Source of the DNA: Desulfobulbus sp.
GTDB taxonomy: Bacteria > Desulfobacterota > Desulfobulbia > Desulfobulbales > Desulfobulbaceae
DNA length: 64,000 nt
NCBI RefSeq assembly: GCF_031280615.1
Contig: NZ_JAITGO010000001.1
Direction: 5' to 3' (one strand)
In this document: positions 29,449 to 39,617 of the stretch, piece by piece
Layout: every line of letters begins with the position of its first letter
How positions within the stretch are numbered: the stretch's first letter is position 1
The notes under the pieces: model-generated
The model's input: only the letters and a program-made list of their open reading frames with translations
What the model was told of the DNA's origin: nothing
Database searches by the model: none
Translations under genes and position numbers: made by a program

Positions 29449-30851
29449 TGGCCGAGTCGAGCAGACCATCCGACAAGATGTGGGGCGGCCGTTTTGCCGA
29501 GGCCACCGCCGCCTCGGTGGAGACCTTCTCCGCCTCGATCCAGTACGATGCCCGGCTCTACCGCCACGACATCATGGGCTCCAAGGCGCACGCCCGGATG
29601 TTGGCCCGACAGGGACTTATCACCGAGGAGGAGCGGGATGCCATCCTCCAGGGCCTGGATGAAATCGAGGCCGAAATCGACCGGGGCGAGTTCGTCTTCA
29701 AACCCGAACTGGAAGATGTTCACATGAACATCGAAAAGGCCCTGACCGACCGGATCGGGCCGGCCGGCGCTAAGCTGCACACCGCCCGCAGCCGCAACGA
29801 CCAGGTCAACCTCGATTTCCGCCTCTACCTCCGCGACGAGGCCGACGCCCTGGATGGGCTGCTTGCCGGGGCACAGCGGGCCTTTGCTCGACTGGCCCGG
29901 AAATACCTGGGGGCGGTCATGCCCGGCTATACCCACCTCCAGCGGGCGCAGCCGGTCCTGCTTTCGCATCACCTGCTCGCCTATGTCGAGATGTTCCAAC
30001 GCGACCGCGACCGGCTGGCCGGCTGCCGGCAGCGGATCGACATCATGCCGCTGGGCGCGGCGGCCATGGCCGGTACCGGCCTGCCCATCGACCGCCAGGC
30101 GGTGGCCGAGGAACTGGGATTCGCCGCGATCACCGCCAACTCGATGGACACCACCGGCGACCGCGATTTCGCCTTGGAGATGCTCTTTTGTCTCAGCCTG
30201 ATCCAGGTGCACCTCAGCCGGCTTTCCGAAGAGCTGGTACTCTGGTCCACCAAGGAGTTCGACTTTGTGCGCATCGGCGACCGCTATTGCACCGGCTCGT
30301 CGATCATGCCGCAGAAGAAGAACCCCGATATCCCGGAATTGATCCGCGGCAAGACCGGCCGGGTCGCCGGTGCCCTGATGGCCCTGCTCATGACCGTCAA
30401 GGGCCTGCCCCTGACCTATAACCGCGACTTGCAGGAAGACAAGGAGCAAGTTTTCGATGCCTTGGACACGGTCAAGGCCAGCCTGGCGATCACCGCCGAA
30501 CTGCTTGACCATACCGAGTTCAAGACCGAACGGTTGCGGGTGGCCACCGCCGGAGGCTTCATGACCGCCACCGACCTGGCCGACTATCTGGTCCGGCGCA
30601 ACATGCCCTTCCGTCAGGCCCATGGCGTGGTGGGCCGGATCGTGGCATTCTGCCAGGAACGCGACTGTGAGCTGGTCGATCTCACCTTGGCGGACTTGCA
30701 ACAATTTTCCGAATTGATCGGGGCGGATGTATTTGCCGTCCTGTCGGTGGACGGCTCGGTGAACAGTCGGCTGTCCGCCGGGGGAACCGGCCGGGCGCGG
30801 GTCGAGGAGGCCTTGACGCACGTGGAACGCCTGCTGGGGATAACATCATGA
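29445..30851 (+). CDS. argH: argininosuccinate lyase
   Basis: MWGGRF...[10 protein letters not shown]...[12 protein letters not shown]; 4-nt overlap with argG. Confidence 0.95.
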   Translation: MMAESSRPSDKMWGGRFAEATAASVETFSASIQYDARLYRHDIMGSKAHARMLARQGLITEEERDAILQGLDEIEAEIDRGEFVFKPELEDVHMNIEKALTDRIGPAGAKLHTARSRNDQVNLDFRLYLRDEADALDGLLAGAQRAFARLARKYLGAVMPGYTHLQRAQPVLLSHHLLAYVEMFQRDRDRLAGCRQRIDIMPLGAAAMAGTGLPIDRQAVAEELGFAAITANSMDTTGDRDFALEMLFCLSLIQVHLSRLSEELVLWSTKEFDFVRIGDRYCTGSSIMPQKKNPDIPELIRGKTGRVAGALMALLMTVKGLPLTYNRDLQEDKEQVFDALDTVKASLAITAELLDHTEFKTERLRVATAGGFMTATDLADYLVRRNMPFRQAHGVVGRIVAFCQERDCELVDLTLADLQQFSELIGADVFAVLSVDGSVNSRLSAGGTGRARVEEALTHVERLLGITS

Positions 30852-31903
30852 ACGGATGCGGCAGTAGTCACCCATCGATTTTTCCGGTTTTCGTCCTCCT
30901 TGCCCTGCTGGTCCTCGGCGGTTGCGGATACAAGAATGCGCCTGTTCCGCCCCGGAACGTGCTGCCGGTGGCGGTCCACGATCTCCGGGCCGATCTCGAC
31001 GAAAAGGGGGCGACGCTTTCCTGGACCTTTCCCAAGAAAACGATGATCGGCGATTCCGTCGAGGAAATCAGCGAGTTCCAGCTATATCGGGCCGAGGAAC
31101 CGGTCGACGGCTACTGCCCGACCTGTCCGGTTCCCTATGCCGCATGGATGACCGTGCCCGGCGGCCTGCTGGCCTCGGACGAGGATCGCACCGCAACCTG
31201 CGAGGTCAGGGGATTGCGGCCGGGCTATCTCTACTTCTTCAAGGTGCGCAGTAAAGCCGGCCTGTGGATCGAGTCCCAGGATTCCAACGAGGTGAGTTTT
31301 TTTTGGCAGACGCCGCCCGCGGCTCCGGCCGGGGTCAGCGTCGCCAGCGGCGATGGCCGCAATACGGTGCAATGGCAGCCGGTCGGCACCGGCGCCACGG
31401 GTGCAGAAGCCGGGGTGCTGCGGTATCAGGTATATCGCGCCGTCGGCGCCGCTGCCGCGGCCAAGGTCGGAGAGCCGGTGGCCGCTCCTCCGTACACGGA
31501 CACCGCCGTCGAGAACGGCCAGGTCTATACCTACCAAGTCCAGGCCATCGCCACCTATCCGCGTGGATCGGTCTACAGCGGTTTGAGCGCCACTGTCGAG
31601 GCTCGGCCGCTGGATCAAACCGCGCCGACGGCGCCGGTTCGGGTCGAGGGACTCAGGACCGATGTCGGGGTGAAGGTTTTCTGGGATCATGCCGCCGGAA
31701 AGGATCTGGCGGGCTACCGGGTCTACCGCCGGACCGCGGGCGAGGGCAAGGCGACATTGGTCGGCGAAGTCGAGCTGCCCTACAACATGTTCATTGATGC
31801 CAAGGCACCCGGTACGACGCTTTTTTACTCGGTTTCCAGCATCGATACCCGTACCCCGCCCAACGAAAGCAACCGCTCGGCGGAAATCCGGATCGACAAC
31901 TGA
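30848..31903 (+). CDS. lipoprotein with an LptM/YifL-like N-terminus and three fibronectin type III-like repeats
   Basis: Lipobox LLVLGGC followed by GYKNAPVPP. Three ~95-aa repeats carry FN3-like W/Y/F patterns (ATLSWTF...YFFKVRS; NTVQWQP...YTYQVQA; VKVFWDH...LFYSVSS). Confidence 0.7.
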   Translation: MNGCGSSHPSIFPVFVLLALLVLGGCGYKNAPVPPRNVLPVAVHDLRADLDEKGATLSWTFPKKTMIGDSVEEISEFQLYRAEEPVDGYCPTCPVPYAAWMTVPGGLLASDEDRTATCEVRGLRPGYLYFFKVRSKAGLWIESQDSNEVSFFWQTPPAAPAGVSVASGDGRNTVQWQPVGTGATGAEAGVLRYQVYRAVGAAAAAKVGEPVAAPPYTDTAVENGQVYTYQVQAIATYPRGSVYSGLSATVEARPLDQTAPTAPVRVEGLRTDVGVKVFWDHAAGKDLAGYRVYRRTAGEGKATLVGEVELPYNMFIDAKAPGTTLFYSVSSIDTRTPPNESNRSAEIRIDN

Positions 31904-31931
31904 GGCCTGGCTTCGGGAGCAACTGCGCGCG

Positions 31932-32792
31932 ATGAAAAATATTCCTTGGCCGATTTCTTTTTGGAAAATGAGCGGGGCGGGCAACGATTTCATCGTCATC
32001 GACCACCGCAAGCCCGTCATCCGGCCGGAGCAGATGGCCGAATTTGCCCGTTTAGCCTGCCGGAGAAAATTTTCGGTGGGCGCGGACGGCTTGTTTCTGC
32101 TCGAACGTTCGGACCGGGCGGATTTCAAATGGCGCTTTTTCAACGCCGACGGCTCCGAGGCGGAGATGTGCGGCAACGGGGCGCGGTGCGTGGCCCGCTT
32201 TGCCTACATGCAGGGGATCGCGGCGGCGCGGATGCGGTTTGAAACCCTGGCCGGCATCGTCGATGCCACCGTGGCCGACACCCAGGTGACCGTCCGCATG
32301 ACCCCGCCCCATTCGTTCCGCTTCGACCGGCAGCTTGAGGTGGCCGGGCAAATGTTCATGGTGCACAGCGTGGATACCGGTGTGCCCCATGCGGTGATTT
32401 TCGTCGACGACATCGATGCGGTCGACGTGGTCGATCTGGGCCGCCAAATCAGATTCCATCCCGCGTTTGCACCGGCGGGCACCAATGTCGACTTTGTCGG
32501 TCGGACGGCGAACGGCTGTCGGATCAGGACCTACGAGCGCGGCGTCGAGGACGAGACCATGGCCTGCGGCACCGGCGTGGCCGCCGCGGCATTGATTGCC
32601 GCAGCCAAGGGATACGCCGGTTCGCCGGTGGAAATCGTCACCTCGGGCGGCGTTGCCCTGACGGTACATTTCACCGGCAAGCAGGGGGAGGGGGCGGAGC
32701 AGGTACTGCTCAAGGGACCGGCCCATCTTATTTACAAGGGTGAACTCACGGCCGAAGCGCTTTTCGAACAGCGAGCCGGCTCGGGTGAGTGA
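31932..32792 (+). CDS. dapF: diaminopimelate epimerase
   Basis: FWKMSGAGNDFIVID...NADGSEAEMCGNGARC...ERGVEDETMACGTG (both catalytic Cys motifs). Confidence 0.9.
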   Translation: MKNIPWPISFWKMSGAGNDFIVIDHRKPVIRPEQMAEFARLACRRKFSVGADGLFLLERSDRADFKWRFFNADGSEAEMCGNGARCVARFAYMQGIAAARMRFETLAGIVDATVADTQVTVRMTPPHSFRFDRQLEVAGQMFMVHSVDTGVPHAVIFVDDIDAVDVVDLGRQIRFHPAFAPAGTNVDFVGRTANGCRIRTYERGVEDETMACGTGVAAAALIAAAKGYAGSPVEIVTSGGVALTVHFTGKQGEGAEQVLLKGPAHLIYKGELTAEALFEQRAGSGE

Positions 32793-32864
32793 ACGACGCC
32801 TCGCCGGCCGCCGCGATGCCATGCCGCGATGGACGTCGGGAACCAGTTACGGAAGGAGGACAGG

Positions 32865-33746
32865 ATGAGACGATTTGAAGGCGCCATTACCGCAATGGTC
32901 ACACCCATGCGTGACGGTGCGATCGACGAGCAAGGGTTGATTGATTTGATCGAATTTCAGATCGCCGGCGGCATCCACGGGATCGTGCCCTGCGGGACCA
33001 CCGGGGAATCCGCCACCTTGAGTTTCGACGAGCACAAACGGGTGATCGAGTTGACCGTCAAGACCGTCAAGGGACGGGTGCCGGTCATTGCCGGAACCGG
33101 GGCCAACAACACGCTGGAGGCCATCGAGCTGACCGAGTCGGCCAAGGCCAGCGGTGCCGATGCGGTGCTGTCGGTGGTGCCCTACTACAACAAGCCGAGC
33201 CAGGAGGGCCTGTTTCAGCACTTCAAGGCGATTCTTGCGGCTGTCGACATCCCGATGATCCTGTATAACGTGCCTGGTCGCACGGTGACCAACATGCTGC
33301 CCGCGACCGTGGCCAGGCTGGCGGTCCTGCCCAATGTGATCGGCATCAAGGAGGCCAGCGGCAACCTCAGCCAGATCAGCGAGATCATCCAGCTCTGCCC
33401 CGAGGATTTCATCGTCTTGTCCGGCGACGACTTTACCGCCATGCCGACGGCGATGATCGGCGGCAAGGGCGTGATTTCGGTGGTGTCCAACCTGGAGCCG
33501 GGCAAGACCGCCGCCATGATCGAGGCTGCGCTTCGGCACGATGTGGGCAAGGCCAAGGCGCTCCACTACGAACTGTTTTCCCTGATGGGCGCCATGTTCT
33601 GCTATCCGAGTCCCGCGCCGGCCAAAAAGGGGCTGGCCCTGATGGGGCGGATCGCCTCGGAAGAGGTCCGGCTGCCCATGACCCGGATGGATGCGGCCAG
33701 CCTGGAACGGCTGAAGAAGGATATGGCGGGCGTGGGGTTGCTGTAA
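32865..33746 (+). CDS. dapA: 4-hydroxy-tetrahydrodipicolinate synthase
   Basis: GAITAMVTPM...VPCGTTGESATLS...YYNKP...IGIKEASG. Confidence 0.9.
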   Translation: MRRFEGAITAMVTPMRDGAIDEQGLIDLIEFQIAGGIHGIVPCGTTGESATLSFDEHKRVIELTVKTVKGRVPVIAGTGANNTLEAIELTESAKASGADAVLSVVPYYNKPSQEGLFQHFKAILAAVDIPMILYNVPGRTVTNMLPATVARLAVLPNVIGIKEASGNLSQISEIIQLCPEDFIVLSGDDFTAMPTAMIGGKGVISVVSNLEPGKTAAMIEAALRHDVGKAKALHYELFSLMGAMFCYPSPAPAKKGLALMGRIASEEVRLPMTRMDAASLERLKKDMAGVGLL

Positions 33747-33768
33747 TCGATATCCGAGGGGAAAAGAG

Positions 33769-34581
33769 ATGGCCAGAGTGATAGTTGCCGGCGCGGCCGG
33801 CCGCATGGGACAGCGGATCATCCACATGGTGCACGCCCAGCCGGGGCTGCAGTTGAGCGGCGCATTCGAGCGGCCGGGCAGTCCAGCCATCGGCAAGGAT
33901 GCGGGCCTGGTCAGTGGGCTGGGGGAAACCGGGGTGACGATCACGGAGGGACTGGCCTCGGTGATCGACCGGGCCGACGTGCTCATCGATTTCACCTTTC
34001 ACGAAGCCTCCATCGATTTCGCCCGGCAAGCCGCCGCCCGCAAGGTCGCCATGGTCATCGGCACAACCGGCCTGTCCGCCGACGAACTGGCGACCCTCAA
34101 GGCGTTGGCCGAGGCGAATTTTCCTTGCGTCCAGTCGCCTAACATGGCGGTCGGGGTCAACGTCCTTTTCAAGTTGGTGGAAAAGGCGGCGGGCATTTTG
34201 GGCGACGCCTACGATGTCGAGATCGTCGAGGCGCACCACCGCATGAAAAAAGACGCCCCTTCGGGCACGGCCCTCAAGCTCGGCCAACTGGCCGCCGCCG
34301 CCCTCGGCCGCGATTTGGCGGAGGTCGGCGTGATGGAGCGCAACGGTATCATCGGCGAGCGGACCGAGCGGGAAATCGGTATCCAAACCATCCGGGGCGG
34401 AGATATCGTTGGCGAGCATACCGTGTATTTCGCCGGCGCGGGCGAACGGCTGGAAATCACCCACCGGGCGAGCAGCCGCGACAACTTCGCCCGAGGTGCG
34501 GCCCTTGCCGCCGCTTGGGTGGCCGGCAAGCAGAACGGGCTCTACTCCATGTTCGATGTGTTGGAGTTGAATACTTTTTAG
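33769..34581 (+). CDS. dapB: 4-hydroxy-tetrahydrodipicolinate reductase
   Basis: VIVAGAAGRMG...EAHHRMKKDAPSGTA... Confidence 0.9.
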   Translation: MARVIVAGAAGRMGQRIIHMVHAQPGLQLSGAFERPGSPAIGKDAGLVSGLGETGVTITEGLASVIDRADVLIDFTFHEASIDFARQAAARKVAMVIGTTGLSADELATLKALAEANFPCVQSPNMAVGVNVLFKLVEKAAGILGDAYDVEIVEAHHRMKKDAPSGTALKLGQLAAAALGRDLAEVGVMERNGIIGERTEREIGIQTIRGGDIVGEHTVYFAGAGERLEITHRASSRDNFARGAALAAAWVAGKQNGLYSMFDVLELNTF

Positions 34582-34606
34582 GACCTTTCCGCATCGTTTT
34601 GCCGAG

Positions 34607-35149
34607 GTGAAATTCTACACCGCCGACGCCGGAACGGACGAGCAGGTCGCCGCCATTGGTTTCGGATCCAACCTGGGGCAATCCCGCGCCATTCTCACGG
34701 CAGCCTGGCGCGAGTTGGGGCATTGCCCCGGGATCGCCCCCATCGCCTTGTCTTCCCCCTATCGCAGCCAGCCGCTCGAGATGATCAGCGACAATTGGTT
34801 TGTCAACGCTGCGGCGCTGGTGCGGACGACGCTGTCCCCAGAGGCCCTGTTGCGCGTGTTGCAGGCGGTGGAGACCAGGCACGGACGACGGCGCGATGCC
34901 GCCGCTTCCGCCATCCATCGGGACCGCACCCTCGATCTCGATCTGCTGCTGTACGACGACTTGCTCCTGGCGACCGGGCGACTGATCGTCCCCCATCCGC
35001 GCCTGGCGCACCGCCTGTTCGTGCTCGCTCCCCTGGCGGAAATTGCCGCAGACCTCCTGCATCCCGGTTGCGATAAGATGATCGGCGTCCTGCTGACCGA
35101 GTTGCGGCAGACCGACCATAATCAACTCATTGAACGGATTGCCTGGTAA
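34607..35149 (+). CDS. folK: 2-amino-4-hydroxy-6-hydroxymethyldihydropteridine diphosphokinase
   Basis: GFGSNLG...SSPYRSQP...RTLDLDLLLY...VPHPRLAHRLFVLAPLAEI; GTG start. Confidence 0.8.
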   Translation: MKFYTADAGTDEQVAAIGFGSNLGQSRAILTAAWRELGHCPGIAPIALSSPYRSQPLEMISDNWFVNAAALVRTTLSPEALLRVLQAVETRHGRRRDAAASAIHRDRTLDLDLLLYDDLLLATGRLIVPHPRLAHRLFVLAPLAEIAADLLHPGCDKMIGVLLTELRQTDHNQLIERIAW

Positions 35150-35211
35150 AGACGGCCGCAAGATGCGGTCCGGACCGCCCCGCCAAAAAGGTCCGGCCAA
35201 GACAAATCAGT

Positions 35212-35239
35212 TCGACATTTGATTCGCCCCAGCTATAAT
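35212..35239 (+). promoter_or_regulatory. candidate sigma-70 promoter for the YHS-tal pair (TCGACA, 16-nt spacer, TATAAT)
   Basis: tcgaca at 35212-35217 and tataat at 35234-35239, about 57 nt upstream of the ATG at 35296. Confidence 0.45.
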
Positions 35240-35295
35240 GGCATCATGCTGAACAGGAAACACCACCCGCCCGCCACAACGCCACCCCGGTCCGC

Positions 35296-35565
35296 ATGAT
35301 TCCGATACGACTGGTGATTTTGGCGCTGCTGCTGTATGTAGGCTGGCGTGTCCTGCGCGGACGTTTGCCGAAAAAGCGAGCAGGCGCCACCTCGAAGGGC
35401 GAGACTACCCCGCAGGATGTGCTGGTCGAGGATCCGGTCTGCCATGTCCTGATTCCGAAACACCAGGCCCTGCGTTTGCGCCAGGGCGAAAAAACCTATT
35501 ATTTTTGCAGCGAACGATGCTGTGACCAATTTGCCGGCAAGCCGGAACAACAAGGAGAGGTATGA
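35296..35565 (+). CDS. small membrane-anchored YHS/TRASH-domain protein
   Basis: N-terminal TM helix, then [18 protein letters not shown]...YYFCSERC (YHS/TRASH-type metal-binding motif). ATGA overlap with tal. Confidence 0.6.
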   Translation: MIPIRLVILALLLYVGWRVLRGRLPKKRAGATSKGETTPQDVLVEDPVCHVLIPKHQALRLRQGEKTYYFCSERCCDQFAGKPEQQGEV

Positions 35566-36206
35566 AATTCTTTATCGACACCGCCAATATTGAGGAAATC
35601 AAAAAAGGCCTGGAACTCGGCATGGTTGACGGCGTGACCACCAATCCGTCGCTGGTCGCCAAGGAACCCCGTCCTTTTGTCGAGATTCTGAAGGAGATTT
35701 GTTCACTGGTCGAGGGTCCGGTCAGCGCCGAGGTCGTCAGCCTCGATGCGGACGGAATGGTGGCCGAGGCGAAGGAATTGGTCAAAATAGCCGATAATAT
35801 CGTCATCAAGATCCCGATGATCGAGGAGGGGCTGAAAGCGGTCAAGCGCTTGAGCGCCGAAGGGATCAAGACCAACGTGACGCTGATTTTTTCCGCCGCC
35901 CAGGTTTTGCTGGCGGCAAAGGCCGGTGCGACCTATGTCAGCCCTTTTGTTGGCCGCCTTGATGATATTTCGGTTAACGGTCTTGAGTTAATTGCCGATA
36001 TAATGACAATACTGCGGAATTACGGCTTCGCCACCGAAGTGATCGTCGCCTCGGTCCGCCACCCGATGCATGTGGTCGAGTCGGCCCTGCTCGGCGCCGA
36101 TATCGCCACCATTCCGTACAAGGTGATCGCCCAACTCGCCAAGCACCCGCTGACCGATATCGGCATGCGGCAATTTCTTGCCGATTGGGAAAAACGCAAA
36201 AAATAA
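35562..36206 (+). CDS. tal: transaldolase / fructose-6-phosphate aldolase (short TalC/Fsa type)
   Basis: [15 protein letters not shown]...GVTTNPSL...IKIP... Confidence 0.9.
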   Translation: MKFFIDTANIEEIKKGLELGMVDGVTTNPSLVAKEPRPFVEILKEICSLVEGPVSAEVVSLDADGMVAEAKELVKIADNIVIKIPMIEEGLKAVKRLSAEGIKTNVTLIFSAAQVLLAAKAGATYVSPFVGRLDDISVNGLELIADIMTILRNYGFATEVIVASVRHPMHVVESALLGADIATIPYKVIAQLAKHPLTDIGMRQFLADWEKRKK

Positions 36207-36219
36207 CCACAGGGTCTCT

Positions 36220-36945
36220 ATGCCTTTCCGCCTCTTGTCAGGACTTCTTTTTGTCGCGTTCATGCTGCCTGTGACGGCCAGCGCGGCAATGTATGCCTAT
36301 GTCGATGCCCGGGGAGTCTGCCATTACACCAATACCCCCGGTGACGGGCGGTACAAGCTGAGCGACCGGACACCGCGGCGGATTGATTCTCCCGAAGACC
36401 GCCTGATCAAGACCATTGCCCGACGTTCGAGCAGCGGGCTCGCCCGCATGGGAATGGATGGAGTCGGCAGCGATGACGGCTATTTCAGGTCGTTCCGGAC
36501 CGTGCCGCAGGCTCTGGACAGGTACATCAAGTTGGCAGCCTCGAATCATCAGGTTGATCCGTTGTTGATCAAGGCGGTCATCAAGGCCGAATCCAATTTC
36601 GACCCCAGCGCGATTTCGCCCAAAGGCGCCCAAGGGCTGATGCAGCTGATGCCGGGAACCGCCAAGGACCTGGCGGTCAGCAATCCCTTCGATCCTCTCC
36701 AGAATATCAACGGCGGCACCAAGTATCTCCGTTATCTCCTTGACAATTTCAATGGAAATGTGGAATTAAGCTTGGCTGCGTACAATGCGGGCCCCGGCAA
36801 TGTCGCACCCTACGGTGCCATTCCCAATTTCCCGGAAACCAAGAATTACGTGGCCAAGGTGATGGAGAATTACCGCACCTACCGGAACAATAGGCCGTCG
36901 CTTTCCTCGAACATCAAAGTCAGGCAATTGGTAACCGTCAATTGA
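36220..36945 (+). CDS. lytic transglycosylase (SLT domain) with a DUF4124-like N-terminus
   Basis: Signal peptide; [14 protein letters not shown]; SLT catalytic region [30 protein letters not shown]...AYNAGPGNV. Confidence 0.8.
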   Translation: MPFRLLSGLLFVAFMLPVTASAAMYAYVDARGVCHYTNTPGDGRYKLSDRTPRRIDSPEDRLIKTIARRSSSGLARMGMDGVGSDDGYFRSFRTVPQALDRYIKLAASNHQVDPLLIKAVIKAESNFDPSAISPKGAQGLMQLMPGTAKDLAVSNPFDPLQNINGGTKYLRYLLDNFNGNVELSLAAYNAGPGNVAPYGAIPNFPETKNYVAKVMENYRTYRNNRPSLSSNIKVRQLVTVN

Positions 36946-37517
36946 GCCGCAGTTCGAAAATTTTCAATCTGCCCAATCTCATCACAGGCAGCCGGTTTCT
37001 TCTCTCCGGCTGCCTGATGTTGCTTTTGCTCCAGGAACAAACCGAGCGGGTGGGCTTGGTCGCGTGGTTCGTTTTTTCTGTCGCCGCCGGATCGGACTGG
37101 ATTGATGGCTATTTCGCTCGAAAATACAAAGAAATAACAGTTCTGGGTAAGCTGATGGATCCCCTGGCCGATAAGGTGCTGGTGGCCACGGCGTTGATCA
37201 TGCTGATCCCCGTCGGCGAATTGCCGGCCTGGGTGAGTCTCATCATCCTTTGCCGGGAAATCGTGGTCACCGGATTACGAGGAGTCGCCTCTTCATCGGG
37301 AATCGTCGTTGAGGCCAGCAGCCTGGGAAAATGGAAATCGACCATCCAGTACATCGGTTTGGGCACCCTGATCTTTCCCGAGGGCGTGCTGCCGATTCCC
37401 CACCTCCATCAGATCGGCCTGGGTATTGTTTATGTGGCCCTGATACTGACGGTCTGGTCCGGCATCGACTACTTCTATAAGCTGCGCCGAATTTTTCTCG
37501 AAGACGAGCATGCGTGA
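36942..37517 (+). CDS. pgsA: CDP-diacylglycerol--glycerol-3-phosphate 3-phosphatidyltransferase
   Basis: NLPNLIT..R; CDP-alcohol phosphotransferase motif [11 protein letters not shown]...[13 protein letters not shown] start overlaps the previous stop. Confidence 0.85.
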   Translation: MSRSSKIFNLPNLITGSRFLLSGCLMLLLLQEQTERVGLVAWFVFSVAAGSDWIDGYFARKYKEITVLGKLMDPLADKVLVATALIMLIPVGELPAWVSLIILCREIVVTGLRGVASSSGIVVEASSLGKWKSTIQYIGLGTLIFPEGVLPIPHLHQIGLGIVYVALILTVWSGIDYFYKLRRIFLEDEHA

Positions 37518-37960
37518 TCGAATCGCGCCTGCGGCAACACGTCTCCTGAGTCAGGGAAACCGATTCCGTACTCCTGCCTTGGCCTGTTTTGCCGCCTCGG
37601 TTTTCAGGCCTTTCTGCCCTTTCCTGCCGGTCGTCTTCCGGCGCTTCCTGCTTGCCGTCAAGGCATTTGCATTCGATCAACGCGGTTCCGTTTTTTGCGC
37701 AAACCGATCTCCCTCTTTCATCTCTTGCGCATGCCGATCAAGGGCAATGACAGCCCGTTTTTTATGCGCCTGTGGCGGAAAGGCTCGGGAGAGATATGGG
37801 CCTTCTTGGGTCGTTGCCTTTCCGGCAACGCGCGGATCTGCATGGGGTCCAATGCTAACCACCTCCTGCCGCCGATAAAACCTGCTTGAATTTTGCCGTG
37901 CCATCGGGTAGCCTTGGCTCAATTTTTTTTGACCTATGCCCTTTACTTGCAGGCACGTAC

Positions 37961-38611
37961 GTGACAGAGACTTCCCCGAAGCCCCCTAAATCCGCCATCC
38001 GGGAGAATATCGAGGCGATTATCATCGCCCTCCTCCTGGCTTTGTTCATCCGCACCTTCATCATCCAGGCATTCAAAATACCTTCCGGATCGATGTTGCC
38101 CACCCTGCAGATCGGTGACCACCTCCTGGTCAACAAGTTCATCTACGGCGTCAAGATGCCTTTCACCGGCGCGACTTTGATCCCGATTTCCGATCCGAAG
38201 CCTAATGACATCGTCGTCTTCGAATTTCCCAAAAATCCGGAACTCGACTATATCAAGCGGGTGATCGCGGTGGCCGGCGATATCGTCGAAATCCGAGACA
38301 AGCATGTTTTGATCAATGGCAAGCCGTTTGACGACCTCCACGGGGTTTTCAAGGATCCGACCATCCACCCGGCCGCGCTGGATCCGCGCGACAATTTCGG
38401 CCCGGTGACCGTGCCGGCCGACAAGATTTTCACCATGGGCGACAACCGCGACAATTCCTTTGACGGCCGATTCTGGGGTTTTGTCGATCTCAAGGCAATC
38501 CGGGGCAAGGCCTGGATCATTTATTGGTCCTGGGACGTTCAGGCCCCCCTGTTCTCGCTGGAGCGGCTTCGGTCGATCCGTTGGAGCCGGATCGGCGATA
38601 CCGTTCATTGA
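37961..38611 (+). CDS. lepB: signal peptidase I
   Basis: IPSGSMLPTL (catalytic Ser), YIKRVIAV (catalytic Lys region), GDNRDNSFDGRFWGFV. GTG start at 37961 preferred; the ORF is open from 37886. Confidence 0.85.
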   Translation: MTETSPKPPKSAIRENIEAIIIALLLALFIRTFIIQAFKIPSGSMLPTLQIGDHLLVNKFIYGVKMPFTGATLIPISDPKPNDIVVFEFPKNPELDYIKRVIAVAGDIVEIRDKHVLINGKPFDDLHGVFKDPTIHPAALDPRDNFGPVTVPADKIFTMGDNRDNSFDGRFWGFVDLKAIRGKAWIIYWSWDVQAPLFSLERLRSIRWSRIGDTVH

Positions 38612-38625
38612 CCTTCGGAGGCAGT

Positions 38626-39558
38626 ATGGCATCGGGCAGTACCTTTGCACACCGCCACATCCTGGGCCTGGAACAACTTTCGCGCGAGGATATTTCCCAC
38701 ATCCTCGCCACGGCCGACTCGTTTAAGGAAATTTCGACCCGATCGATCAAAAAGGTGCCGACCCTGCGGGGACACACCATTATCAACCTCTTTTTTGAAC
38801 CGTCCACCCGCACCCGCCTTTCCTTCGAAGTGGCAGCCAAGCGGATGAGCGCCGACACCTTCAACATCAGCCCTTCGACCAGCAGCACCACCAAGGGCGA
38901 AACCCTGGCCGACACCGCTCGCAATATCTCGGCCATGCATCCGGACATCATCATCATCCGGCATGCCTGCTCCGGGGCACCCCTGTTGCTGAGCCGCTGT
39001 GTCAAGGCGGCGGTGATCAACGCCGGCGACGGCGCGCATGAACACCCCTCCCAGGGATTGCTCGATCTGATGACGGTCAAGGAGCGGCGAACGACGCTAA
39101 GCGGGCTCAAGATCGCCCTTATCGGCGACATTGCCCACAGCCGGGTGGCGCGTTCCGACATCATCGGCTTCACCCGCATGGGTTCGGCGGTCCACGTCTA
39201 TGGCCCGTCGACCCTGATCCCCAAGGGCATCGACCAACTGGGCGCCACTTTGTGCACTTCGCTGGAAGAGGCGGTGCGCGACGCGGACGTGGTCATGACC
39301 CTGCGCATCCAGCATGAGCGCCAGAACGATCCCTTGTTGCCCTCCTTGCGCGAGTATGCGCGCCAATTCGGCATTTCCGGCCGCATTTTGTCCCTGGCCA
39401 AACCGGATGCCCTCGTCATGCATCCCGGCCCGGTCAACCGGGGGGTCGAGCTGCCTCCCGAGGTGGCCGACGGTCCTCAATCGGTGATTCTCGACCAGGT
39501 GACCAACGGGGTGGCGGTGCGGATGGCCCTGCTGTACCTGGTGATGGGGACCTCCTGA
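38626..39558 (+). CDS. pyrB: aspartate carbamoyltransferase catalytic subunit
   Basis: FFEPSTRTRLSFE...HPSQGLLD...HPGPVNRG. Confidence 0.9.
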   Translation: MASGSTFAHRHILGLEQLSREDISHILATADSFKEISTRSIKKVPTLRGHTIINLFFEPSTRTRLSFEVAAKRMSADTFNISPSTSSTTKGETLADTARNISAMHPDIIIIRHACSGAPLLLSRCVKAAVINAGDGAHEHPSQGLLDLMTVKERRTTLSGLKIALIGDIAHSRVARSDIIGFTRMGSAVHVYGPSTLIPKGIDQLGATLCTSLEEAVRDADVVMTLRIQHERQNDPLLPSLREYARQFGISGRILSLAKPDALVMHPGPVNRGVELPPEVADGPQSVILDQVTNGVAVRMALLYLVMGTS

Positions 39559-39617
39559 CCAGTGTCTAGGGCGGCTTTTTCGCCGAACGTGTTTTTTCCC
39601 TCCGAGGTGTGTTGCCG

